DNA from: Basidiobolus meristosporus CBS 931.73
Lineage: Eukaryota > Fungi > Basidiobolomycota
Assembly (NCBI GenBank): GCA_002104905.1
Contig: MCFE01000397.1
Span: forward strand, 17,806-81,805
Reading direction: 5' to 3'
Length of the DNA stretch: 64,000 nucleotides
Position numbers and translations under genes: made by a program. Position 1 is the first letter of the stretch, and each line of letters starts with the position of its first letter. Shown piece after piece: positions 36,214 through 48,734 of the stretch. Under the pieces are notes generated by a model. It saw only the letters and a program-made list of their open reading frames with translations. It was not told the origin of the DNA and did not search any database.

Positions 36214-38996
36214 TGTCATGATCACATGACAACCATGAACACCCATGCCAAGTTTCAGCTTCCTAGCTCAATATCTAAGAGATTCCTTCTGGCACCTTCT
36301 ACCACCTTCCAGAAAGTTCCTGACCATTCCAAACCATTGTTACACAATGAAACATTCCATGGAAGCTTTCCATTGTATTTTTCATAGTCCAGTACCATAT
36401 ATGGAAATACCAGATCACATGACTTAGTCACATGATCAGGTGGCCCAATCCATTTCCCCATCCTGTCTCTGTACCATGTCATCTATGTCATTATCCCCAG
36501 CACCATTGCTGTGCCTCACCCCACAACCCCATTAGTATCAGCTAATATCTCTTGGCATCAGTATAGCCAAAAAGTATGTATAGTCCTACCCCCCCTTAAG
36601 TATTCCTCAGTCTGATAAACACAGGTCTTGAATAAACAGCCTTGCCTTGAATCCTGCCTTGTCTTGATGGTCCACACCTAAGTCCTTTCCTGCCGTTCAT
36701 AGCTTTTCCTCCTGCCTTGTGTCTATTCATAACAATTACTCCATAACTCACACACATTATTATTACCCAAACACCAGCACTAAGAACATCATTTTTCCAC
36801 AGTGAGAACATACTGAAGTAAGCATGCAATTGCAGCAAAGTTGGCAAGCTATAAGCCATTGGCCAGAATATGGAATCAATTGAAAACCAGAGATACTTAA
36901 GAAAGAGGGTATCTGTTGGTGCAAAAGCTTTCCACTGGAAGCAATGCATTTGCTTTTCAACAGTATCCCTATGTTGATGACCAAGTTGTACATGGGGCAT
37001 TTCAAGCTAAATGAGCCCTTTGAGATACTGGAGAAATTTGAAAAAATTGGCAAGATATTACAGAGTATCCGCTACCCTAAGTACTTCTCACAGGCTCCAA
37101 CTAATATTCATATGCATATGCAACAATACAAATGCAAAGACTGGATGAACTGGATATGTATTTATTCAAGTGGTGTTCTGAAGCCATTCCTACCAAGAGT
37201 ACACTGGAAGTATTGGGAGTCATATGTGGACATTGTAGGAATACTTATCCAGAAGCAGATCACCAATGCCAACTTGATGCATCTACAGCTGTTGTGTGAG
37301 GAGTTTGTGACAGGATTTGAGTGGCTATACTACAAATATAAAGCTGAACGCATAGATCTCTGCTGCTACCGTATCCATTCTCTACTCCATCTTGCGTGGT
37401 GTGTGGAGAATATTGGGCCTTGCTTCACCTTTTGGGAGTTTCCTATGGAGTGGAGGTGTGGGGAGATAGGAAAACAAGTCAAGTTGCAGGTACTACCATA
37501 TCCCAATCTCATCAAGAATATTACCTTCAAGTCCATCATGGATGTTATGAGTTTGCACATGGAGGACAGCCAGAAAGAGTCGGAAAATACTGAGGACAAA
37601 TGTGCACATGGAAACACCTATGCCAATGGCATTAAGAAGCTAAGCAGCCCCAATGCGTGCGTAATCAGTTAAGTAATGCAAAGTTCAGTTGGGTGCAACA
37701 AGCAACTAATTTTATCAGGAAAACTCCACCAAGATATGCTGGATTTCTTGTGGTCACAAGCCAACTTCTACACCATTCAATACGGAATTCACACAAACAA
37801 AAGCCAGAGCACACCTACAAGGGGGACTAGAGTCCAGCAGGGAGAAGGAATATATTGGCTAAATACCAAGAGGTTCTTTGTCAATATTCAGGAGGTATTC
37901 ATGGCTGAAGTGGCAACAACCAGGCATTTGTTTGCAAGATGTATATGCTACCAGCAGTACAAGGTATATGGCAACTTTGCAAGTAAAACACTAAAAAGCT
38001 ATAAAGTTGAGGTGATATAAGTATGTCAATTGCGGCAGGTGTGCGCATTTGTGGAGGTTAGTAAGCAGGAGGCCATAGTTTTTTTTGATTCAACCTATAT
38101 GTGGAATACCCAAGATAGTAGTGGGTAAGCAAATAAAGAAAGGTGATTCTACAGTGGAATATATGAATTGCACAAGGGGAGGTAGAAAAAGGAAATACCA
38201 TTTGGTAAATTGGTACGGTAGCATTATACAGAACCAGCAGCAGGCTGTCATACTGCCAATATAATGCCATCAGAGTCTTGCTGTGAGGCTGTCAAAATAC
38301 CGCCAAGTTTCTTGCCATATAAGACAATTGGATGTCCTGGCCATTTGGATCCACTTAAAATAGTTATAGAGTGCTAAAAGACTGCAACAATACCATGCAA
38401 ATATTGTCGCAGCACTGATCAAAAATCATATAGTTTTATCCCTTTATTTGGCTGTAAAATTTGCAAAACACTGTCATGATCTTGTTATAAGATTGTCAGG
38501 AGGGTCACTAATTCCAAGCTGCTATTATTATGATAGTCTCTAAACAGGATCTTGACCAATGATCCAGATTGGATCCACCTGTGGGACCAAATTATTTTTT
38601 GTAGGGAATGGTGGAGAATTTAACTCAAAACTCTTCATCTACTTCTGCAACATTCATGGGATAATACAAAAGTCTACTGTAGCATACTCCCCACAGCAAA
38701 ATGAAGTAGCAAAATGTGCTAACAGATCAATAACAGATATGACTAGATCTATGATCCATGATCAAAAATTATCCTATGATTTTTGGGCACAATCAGTTGC
38801 CACTGCTGTATATCTTAAAAATAAGAGTTATAACAAAGTAATCTGTAATTCTACTCCATTTGAGACATTGTATGAATACAGACCAGGTGCAGACCATTTA
38901 AGAATATTTGTGTGTATAGCATTTGCCAAAAAACTGCTCAGAAATCAGTCAAATTTTCAGCCAAAAAGTGTAAAATGCATATTTTTGGGCTGTTGC

Positions 38997-39344
38997 TGTT
39001 GAAATATTCTGTGGAGTAGTGAAAGTGATGTGGGGAGCTAGGGGATTTGTATGTTTTCACTGATTGACTTATTGATTAAAAGTATGGTTTTTATACTTTT
39101 TGTAAAGTAGAGCAAACAAATGTATAGAGTTTGTTAAGGAAGGTCCCAACCATATGTGTGCAAAGTTTGGGGGCTTTTGGACAACTTTGAGAAAGATAAT
39201 AATCTGGGTACCTGATAGTTTGGTAAGAATATTCTAAGTAAATCCCAACCAGAAATTTGGTCAGGAGAGAATGCTAATCAAAGAGTAAGATCTCTGTGAC
39301 AAAGTTAGCATGAGTATTTTGGTGATAACCTAATAAATACAACA
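38997..39344 (-). mobile_element. Solo LTR related to the Copia C2 LTR
   Basis: TG...CA, 348 bp; reverse-complement match to 51330-51500; host integrase resumes after it; TSD decayed. Confidence 0.7.
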
Positions 39345-40166
39345 ATGGCAATGAGAGTACAGCGCACAGACTCTACAATACCAAAGCAAAGAAGCTGATC
39401 AAGTCCAGGGATGTGTTTGACAAAACTCAAAATTTTCATAAAGAGTGATATGACATTGTGACAAAAATGAAGACAAAAATTTTGTATAAAGTCCATCAAT
39501 TGCTAGGATTGAATCAGAGCAAAACAATGCAAATTTTCTCACTCTGGAGGACTCTTCAACCATGGTTCAGCCTGAAGGAGTGCCCAGGAATATCCCAAAA
39601 GTGAGCATTCTAGTATTAAATACCAGGAGATTTAGTCAGACAAGAAATAGCACAAATGATTATATCAATGTGGGTACAAGTTTGGCCTATGCCTATTCAG
39701 TCCATGGTGGTCAGCCCCAGACTGTAAAAGAGACCCTAAATAGCCCTCCAAATACATTTTGGAGATCTGCAATGACTGAGGATTATCAGATTCTGATGGA
39801 ATAGCAGACTTAGGACTTGGTCAACTTAACTGCAACCAAATATCAGTTAGATGCAGAGGGGACTTCAAGACAATATACTAGGCTGATTGTACAGTTGAAA
39901 GATGCAAATCAGGACTTGTGTCCAAAGGATACTCTCAAATAAAGGACTTGACTATACTAAGCCCTTTGCACTAGTAGCCAAGCTTAATTCCATCAGATAA
40001 ATGTTGGTTATTGCAGACAAATTTGAGTTTTCTATACATCAAATGGATGTGAATCTGCATTTTTGCATGAGGAACCTGATGAGGACATGTGCATGGACCA
40101 GCCTAATGGATTTTTTGACCAAGATAACCCCCATTTGGTGAGCCAACACAAAGAATTGCTATAAGG

Positions 40167-43100
40167 TGTTATGAATAGACACAAGGCAGGAGAGTAGAGC
40201 TAGGCAAGGCAGGACCAGGAAAGGACTTAGGTGTGGATCAACAAGGCAAGGTAGATTTCCAAGGCAAGGCTGTGTATTCAAGACCTGTGTTTATCAGACT
40301 GAGGAATACATAAGGGAGGATAGGACTATATATACTTTTTGGCAATATGAATGCCAAGAGATATTGGCTAATACTGATGAGGTTCTGGGGTGATGCACAG
40401 TAAGTGTGCCAAGATAGAATATACTAAAGAACAGACTGGAATATCACGTGGAGATATGTCAGGGGTCAGCTGATCATGTGACTAGGTCATGTGACATGTA
40501 GTTCCCATACATGGTATGGGACCACATAGACTCTAATGGGAAGCTTCCATAGAATGTTCTGTTGTGTAACATTGACTTGGAGCTTTCAAGAAGTTGCTAG
40601 AATGTAGTAGAACTTTCTAGAAGGAACTGGGATTTCTTCACTGACTTGATTTGGCTAGTTAATTGGACACCAGGGATATCATGGGATCATGACACTATTC
40701 TCCTCTTTTGATGGGCTCCCCTCAAGCTTTTGGCTTTGGCTTGTTGAGGTATGTCTGGTGGAATAGCACAACTAGATCTTGGCAGTTTGTTAGGTTTGCT
40801 GCTGGTTCCCAAGTTTGATCATTTGGGCCATAACCTACCCAATCTACCAGATAGTGAAGTTGGGATTTGATGTACTTTGAATCCAATACTTGCTGAACTT
40901 CAAACTCTTGGTGTTTGTCCACTTGGATGGCTGGGGGACTTGCTAGGTGCCAGTTGGGTAGAGTACTCTCATGGAATGGTTCTAAGAGGGATACATGGAA
41001 TGTATCATGAATTTTCATACTTGGTGGCAACTGAAGTTGGTACACAATTGGACTAAGTTTCTTCTTGATCCTGAATGGACCTAGTCTCTTGTAGTCTAAT
41101 TAGTCACAAGGGTGGCTGGCAGGAATGTTTCTTCTCAAGAGCCATACTGAGTCTCCTTCATTAAGCTTGGGGCTAGGCTGCCGTTTGCTGTCTGCAAACT
41201 TCTTGTACCCCTTATGGGCTAAGGATAGTTCTTTCTTGAGTGTTTCTAGATTTCCAGAATTGTTGATGCATGTTCAGCCGCTGGGGGGCTCATAGGGTTG
41301 GTTGGGATCTGAATATCAAGTTGTGGATTAAAACCATAATTTGCATAGAATGGGGTGAGACCTGTTGCACTATGATATGAGTTGCTGTAGGCAAATTCTG
41401 CAAGTGGTAGCAGTTGGGTCCAGTTGTCTTGCTGATAGTTAATATAGCACTGGAGGTATTGTTCATGGATCTGGTTAATTCTCTCTGTCTGGCCATCTGA
41501 CTGTGGATGAAAAGCAGTTGAGAGCTTGACTTGCACACCAAGATATTGCATGAAGTGCTTCCAGAATTTTGATATGAACTGGGGTCCTCTGTCTGATACA
41601 ATGTCACTGTGGATACCATGGAGTTGGAAAATGTTCTTGATCACTAAGTGGGCAGTCTCCTTAGCATCTATGTTCTTTGAGCAGGGAATGAAGTGAGCCA
41701 TCATTGTGAGCCAATCTGCCACTAATAGGATTGAATTGAATTGGTTGGATTCTGGGAGGTTGGTGATGAAGACCATTGAAATTGACTTCCATTGCTGGTC
41801 AGGGATTGCCAAGGGTTGGAGAAGTCCATAAGGCTGGTGTCTAGCAGATTTACACGGTTACATGTATCACAGGATTGGAGATACTCCTTGACAAGAGATA
41901 TCATCTTGGGCCACCAGAAGTCTCTCTCCATTGCATTCATGGTTTTAGCAGTAGTGTCTCCATTGCTCAAAGGCAACAATGATTGCAAGTAGTTCCTTAT
42001 CATAGATATCATAGTTTACTTCAGCTGGAGTAATTTCTGGGAGTAAAATGCAATGGGGTGTAGTAAGTTCTTGTCATTGTACTGGGAAAGGATTGCACCA
42101 AGTGCAAAGTCAGTGGCATCAGTTTCTATGATGAAAGGTTTCTCAAGGTCAGGGTGAGCAAGCAGGGGAGCATATAGGAAGGATTTCCTGAGGGAATTAA
42201 AGGACTTGGACTGTTCCTCATTCCAGGCAAAGGGCAGATTCTTCTGGGTGAGCTTTGTCAAGGGTGCAATCTTGGAGTAGTTAGCAATAAATCTACAATA
42301 GAAGTTGGTAAATCCAAGGAAGGACTGTACTTTGTTTACAGAACAGGAAGTTTTGCACAACTGGATGGCTTCTACTTTCTTGGGGTCCATTCTTGTTCCA
42401 TTTGAGCTGATAAGATAACCTAAGAACTCAACTACTTTCTGGTCAAACTCACATTTCTCCAATTTGGCATAGAGGCCAGCGGTGTCAAGTTTGGTCAAGA
42501 CTTTCTTGACACGGGAATTATGTTCTTCTTGTGTCTTAGAGTAGATCAAGATGTCATCAAGGTAGATAACCATATATTGGTCAAGGTATTCTTGGAAGAT
42601 GTCATTCATCAGGTGTTGAAAGACCACTGGGGCATTGGTGAGACCAAATGGCATAGCTTTATACTCAAAATGACCGTATCTTGTTCTGAATGCAGTTTTC
42701 CATTCATCATCAGGCTTGATCCTGACAAGGTTATATGCTGCTCTGAGGTCAATCTTAGTAAATACTTTGGCAGCAGTGAGTTGATCCAACAGGGTGTTGA
42801 TCAAGGGTAAAGGGTACCAGTTCTTGAGTGTGATCTTATTCAGTGCATGGTAGTCTACACACATTCCTAGGGTACCATTCTCTTTTTTGACAAAGAGGAT
42901 TGGGGCACCAGCTGGGGACTTAGAGTGCTGAATAAAACCTTTCTGGAGGCTTTCTTGAATATAGCCATGGAGTTCTTTCAACTCAGGTTGCAAGAGGTTG
43001 TAATTAGGACCAAAAGGTGGGGTTTTTCCTTCTTCAAGGTCAATGGGACAATCATAGGGTCTATGGGCTGGGAGTAGTTTGGCTTTCTTCTTGTCAAAGA

Positions 43101-45529
43101 CATGAGCAAACTCTTGATACTTGGCAAGTATTCCATTGAAGGGGGTTCCTTCAGTGATGATGGGCTCCTGTGTCTGGGGTAGCTTAGGAAAGGATACTTC
43201 TTTACCTGAAAAATCAGGTGGTTTCATGGAGTTGACATGGTGGATTCTGGGGAATGTCAGGATTTTGGTCTTCCAGTTGATAGCTGGGTTATGGTGACTA
43301 AGCCATGAGCTTCCAAGGACTATGGAGTAATGGGGAGAGTTGATAATGTTGAAGGCTAGTGTCTCATGATGACCAGTACTGGACAGCTGGAGTGGATGTT
43401 AACAGCACCAGAAGAGAGGGACCTTCCATCAATAACTTCTACTTGGACAGGACAGGATTTCAAGACAGTGGGGATTTTGTGCTTCTGGACAAATGACTGG
43501 TCAATGAAACAGGAGGAAGCTCCAGAATCCATGAGAGCAAGAACACAGACAGGGTTGGATTCAGGGATGTGGATGTTGACAGGCATTCTTAAGGACTGGA
43601 TGGACTTGGTAGCGTACAATGTTTGTTGAATGTGCTGAATTTTCATTGGAGGGTCCAGTTGCAAGCCTGTCATTGTAACTGGACATTGGAGTTTCCCAAT
43701 AGTTCAGGAGAAGATTGTTCACTGGATGATTGCAGGAGCTTGAGGCTGGACTTCTTGTTAGGACAAGACTTGGCAAAGTGGCCTGGCCGGCCACAGTTAA
43801 GGCAGAGGTTTGCCTGCTGACATCTAGATCTTTGTTCTTTTGTGAGTTTCTTATATTTAGCACTGTCAATTTGCATAGGATCATCAGGCTTAGTATTGGG
43901 TGACTGGATTACTGGGAAGGAGGTTGGCTGATAAGTATGTCAAAATTTCTGTTTCTTCTGGAAAAGATGATTGTCACATTGTATTGGTTGATGAATAGCT
44001 TCACCCAAGGTGGTTGGGCCAGGGAGAGTGAGAAGTACATCACTGACTTCATCATTGAGCCCATCTTGAAATTGACTAATCAGGGCAGCATCACCCCAAA
44101 GGCTCAAGTCACTGGCTAGTAGCCGGAATTCAGAAGCATACATGGATGCAGGTCTGTTTTGTTGCTTCAAGTTCTTGATCTTGTTGGCAGCAGTTCTGGC
44201 TTGGTCAATGTTGCCAAATGTTAGCTCCATTTCTGTGAGGAAGGATATGGTAGTTGCTGAGTAGAGGGGAGTTGGTTTCCACCATAGGGGAGAACTATTT
44301 CTGGGCAGTTCCAGTCAGCAGGTTATAGATATAACCAACTTTTGCTTGATCTGTTGGGAACCAATTGGGTTGTAATGACAAGTGGTGTTTCACTATATTG
44401 ATGAAACCTTGGAACTTATTCTGGGATCCACTAAACTTGGTAGTGGAAGTGATCTTGGGATCATGTTAGGAGGGAGCCTGGATAGGCTGTTGGGCATTTT
44501 GGCTCTGGAGTTGAGCAACAGAGTTTATGAGGTCTGCATTGTCTTGTTGCAGCTGTGCAAAGGCAGCCATGAGACTTGCAAAGTTATACTCTGGGCTGGA
44601 CATGTCATGGTAGCAGGAGGCGGAGAGGTCTCTTGGACTTCTTCAGGAATACTGGATATTCCTAGCTAATTTGTGGGTTATAAAGCCACTAGTTTGTCAA
44701 GAATACAATTATTGAGCCACAATCCCCAACTTTGAATAAGTTAGCATCACTTCAGAAGGTACTGGCTTTAATGTCCTTTGGTAGAGTATTATACTAAAGC
44801 TTCCAATACTCTATCAACTGTGAACTACACCAGCAGGGTAATAAAGTGAATGCAGCTTTGGCCAATAATCATACAAAGATAAAGTATCTTTGCCTTTAGA
44901 GGACAAGACTAGGGAAAGATTCAGGGTGACACTAATGGTAGGTATTCCTTTACAAGTTCTTCTCAAGAGCTCTGGGTAGAAGGCAGAGATCCACAGGTAA
45001 GTCAGGGGCAGTCTGATAAAACTGTTATGAATAGACACAATGCAGGAGAGTAGTGCTAGGCAAGGCAGGACCAGGAAAGGACTTAAGTGTGATCAACAAG
45101 GCAAGGCTGTTTATTCAAGACGTGTGTTTATCAGACGGAGGAATACATAAGGGGGGATAGGACTATATATACTTTTTGGCAATATGGATGCCAAGAGATA
45201 TTGGCTAATACTGATGAGGTTCTGGGGTGATGGACAGTAAGTGTGCCAAGATAGAAAATACTAAAGAACAGACTGGAATATCACATGGAGATATGTCAGG
45301 GGTCAGCTGATCATGTGACTAGGTCACGTGACATGTAGTTACCATACATGGCATGGGACTACATAGACTAATGGAAAGCTTCCATAGAATGTTCTGTTAT
45401 GTAACATTGACTTGGAGCTTTCAAGAAGTTGTTAGAATGTAGTAAAACTTTCTAGAAGGAACTGGGATTTCTTCACTGACTTGATTTGGCTAGATAATTG
45501 GAGACCAGGGATGTCATGTGATCATGACA
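40167..45529 (-). mobile_element. Full-length chromovirus Gypsy G2 (sister of G1), decayed
   Basis: LTRs 40167-40694 and 45023-45529; TSD TAAGG/TATGG; self-priming PBS beside 45023; slippery site at 43691-43697; chromodomain in ORF 40722-41045. Confidence 0.93.
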
Positions 45530-45932
45530 TATGGTCTCAAACAATCACCAAGTGCCTGAAATTGAAAGATAGATTCATATGTACATACTGCTGACTGCAG
45601 TATATATTGCAAAAACTTGTAATTCCACCCAAGTATTCAGCTAGATTAGTCACTTAGAGCATTACCTCCAAACTGTAGGGAGTACTGACAAAAATGCTTG
45701 TTAGAACTTACTTAGAATATTTTCAGTAAAATATCAGGTACCCAGAACAGGAAGATTCTTAAGGTTGTTCAAACAACCCCAAGCTTTGCACACATGTTAC
45801 TGGGACCTTTCTAAATCTATTTTATGGGCTTGTTATGCCAATACCATGTGAAAGTATAAGTACTACTTTTACATTCAATAAATCATTAAGTCAAAACCAC
45901 ATAATCCACTTGTCCTCCCAATTACTTCCAAT

Positions 45933-46665
45933 AGACTTGTTCCATTGGATAGTGCCACATTGAGCCATGAGTGCCAAATGATGCCATAGTGTGCCAGAGA
46001 GGCCAAGTGAGCCTATACTTGGCCACAGAGTGTGAAACATAGCTCTGCATCTTCATGTAAAACAGCCCCTGTGTTTCACCCATTGCACAGGAGAAAATCC
46101 ATTTTTTGACCTTTTTTTGTGGATCAATGTAGCTCAGGATGTGTAAGAGCACAAGAGAACTGAAGATATGTATCTGGTACCCAATACCCATGGCACTCTG
46201 AATCTAGCTCCTGTAGCTTGTATCATGTCACAAAAATGAATGGCACTATCTTGGTCCACTGGTACTATCTGGCACTATATTTAAATATTAGCCCTAAAGT
46301 AAGATCTATACAAAGTACTTATAGTGCCAGATAGTACCAGTGGACCAAGATAGTGCCATTCATTTTTGTGACATGATACAAGCTACAGGAGCTAGATTCA
46401 GAGTGCCATGGGTATTGGGTACCAGATGCATATCTTCAATCTGCTTGTGCTCTAACACATCCTGCACAACATTGAACCAAATAAAAAGGTCAAAAATGGA
46501 TTTTCTCCAACACAATGGGTGAAACACAGGGGCTGCTTTGCATGAAGATGCAGAGCTATGTTTCACACTCTGTGGCCAGGTAGTGGCTCACTCGGCCTCT
46601 CTGGCACACTATGGCATCATTTGGCACTCATGGCTCAATGTGGCACTCTCCAACGGAACAAGTCT
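45933..46665. mobile_element. 733-bp foldback element with ~347-bp inverted arms, 40-bp spacer and TSD AAT
   Basis: Arms 45933-46279 and 46320-46665; AAT at 45930-45932 and 46666-46668; empty site cttccaatatctcc seen in the sister LTR at 51541-51554. Confidence 0.92.
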
Positions 46666-48188
46666 AATATCTCCAAGACTCTTACAACAGGTTATGAGCC
46701 CCAAGCTGTCACTCTCTGCAATGTCTACTAATGCTGTTACTGGAATCTTTCCCTCTGCTGAAAAGTAGGATGGATCTAACTACCAAGTGCAGAAGGTGAA
46801 GAGGAAGATGCTGCTACAAGAAAGAGGCCTTTGGGATATTGCCATGGGAGAAGAATGCCCTCCTAAAAGCATGGGAGAGGAAGCCTTTAAGTACCGGAAG
46901 AAAGTACAAAGTGCCTCTAGCTGCATTTGCCTTAATGTCAACAACAAACCGTTAAATCAATGCACAAGAGCAAAAACCACAAAGAATTCCTGGAAGGCAT
47001 TAGAAGATCCCTACCAGTCATGCTCAGCTGCCATGAAAATGTATCTTAGGCAAGAATTACTTACTACAAAGATGCAGCCAGGTGAAGAAATGAAGAATCT
47101 AATCAACAGAAAAATGCTGCTGGTGGATGAGATGGGATCTGTGGGCTTACCAACTACTGATAGGGATGTGATAGTAACCATCCTGAATAGCCTGAAAGAC
47201 AGGCTTCAGAGCCTTGTATCAGCCCTAGAGTCCAGAACTGAAGACTTGACCTTATATTATGTATATAGAATGCTCCTGGATGAAGAATTAAGAAAATCCA
47301 GTGCAAATAAGAAGGAAGAGGAAAATGCTTTAATAAGCAACAATAACTAACAAAGAAGATACCCAAGACCTTACAAAGGCAACAGCAACTTGTCTTGCAG
47401 CTACTGCAAAAGGAAAGGACACACATCATACCAGTGCTTCAGAAAGAGAGATAATCAGCAAAGGAAGCCTGAATATGGAAATGCTGCAACAACTGAAGAT
47501 AGACTATTCACACCTGCACTAAATATGACCACAAACAAGAATTTGCAGATATAGTAAACTGGCCCTGGAGCATCTCAACACTTTCCATACCAAAAAGAAC
47601 TTTTTACCAAATATCAATAGATTCCTATTGAAGAGGTTTTCATGTGTAACAATAGAACACTCAATGTAGTGGGAGAAGGAACTATCCAAGTAAGCCTTAG
47701 AAGCAGTGAATGAAGCCATACACTGACCTTAAAAGAAGTACCTTATGTACCAGAATAGCCAAGAACCTAATATCTGTAAACAAGGCCACAGCAGAAGGAC
47801 TTGGTATCAGGTTTGACAATTCTGGATGCAGGATCACTGATCAAAATGGTGATCACATTGTTTTGGGTATCAGAGATCAAAATCTGTATAAGTTGACTTA
47901 TATTCCATCATATCTGGAAGCCAACATAAGTATCTTAAATGAAGAAACACCAATGCTATGGCACAAGAGATTTGGACACATCAATTTTCATTATTTGTGC
48001 AAGATGATCAAAGATCAGCTAATTTCTGGAAAAATTGATCCCCTATCTAATGTAAATCACTGCAAAGCTTGCATATATGGGAAACAAGCCAGACAACCGT
48101 TCAAGAGCTCTGGGTTAATCAAAATAAGAAAAAATTAGATCCAATTCACTCAGATCTGTGTGGACCTATTCAAGATTTATCTTTAGGC

Positions 48189-48734
48189 TGTCATGATCAC
48201 ATGTCATCCCTGGCCTCCAATTATCAGCCAAATCAAGTCAGCAAAGAAATCCAGGTTCCTTCTAGAAATTTGTACTACATTCTAGCAACTTCTTGAAAGC
48301 TCCAGGTCAATGTTACACAATGGAACATTATATGGAAGCTTCCCAATGGAATTTATGTAGTCCCATACCCTATATGGTAGTTACAGGTCATATGACCTGG
48401 TCACATGATCAGCTGACCCCTGACATATTTCCATGTGATACTCTAGTTTGTTCTTTAGTAAATTTCTATCTTGGCACACTTACTGTGCCACACTGCAGAA
48501 CCCCATCAGTGTTAGCCAATATCTCTTGGCATCCATATTGCCAAAAAGTATATTTAGTCCTATCCCCCCTAATGTATTTCTCAGTCTGATAAACACAGGT
48601 CTTGAATAAACAGCCTTGCCTTGGAAATCCACCTTACCTTGGAAACATGTCTTGCCTTGTTGATCCACACCTAAGTTGTTTCCTGGTCCTGCCTTGCCTA
48701 GCCCTACTCTCCTGCCTTGTGTCTATTCATAACA
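48189..48734 (+). mobile_element. Solo LTR of the G1/G2 chromovirus family
   Basis: TGTCATGATCAC...TTCATAACA; TSD TAGGC/TAGGT; sits in the C2 integrase. Confidence 0.9.

Larger units (their letters stand above)
30834..36734 (+). mobile_element. Full-length chromovirus-type Ty3/Gypsy G1 (Tf1/sushi-like), decayed
   Basis: 521-bp LTRs 30834-31354 and 36214-36734 (~13 differences); TSD ATTAC at 30829-30833 and 36735-36739; PPT GAAGAGGAGAGTAG; C-terminal chromodomain. Confidence 0.96.
29497..37672 (+). pseudogene. CACTA/Tnp2 (Transposase_21-like) transposase of copy D, split by Gypsy G1 (coding 29497-30833 and 36740-37672)
   Basis: Motifs ACVNSCMAF..CPNC, FRYIPVI..L, NIFDGKHY, LALDGFS..PLILINLNL..GPK..LDSYL.PF, GDTPAISK..GFSGHNG..C..C, MHLLF, IHSLLHL..IGP..FWEFPME..CG. 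Confidence 0.85.
26913..38606 (+). mobile_element. Complete CMC/EnSpm-type DNA transposon copy D (~5.8 kb without the nested Gypsy)
   Basis: Termini CCCAATGAAAAATTATT and AATTATTTTTTGTAGGG; AATG at 26909-26912 and 38607-38610; the host integrase frame continues across it. Confidence 0.88.
26551..45604 (+). mobile_element. Decayed Copia C2 copy b (integrase-RT), host of a MITE, CMC copy D, a solo LTR and Gypsy G2
   Basis: Integrase reads ..KICSNN (26697), then the inserts, then NGGEFNSKLF (38607). RT continues to 40166 and resumes as YGLKQSP at 45530. Confidence 0.75.
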
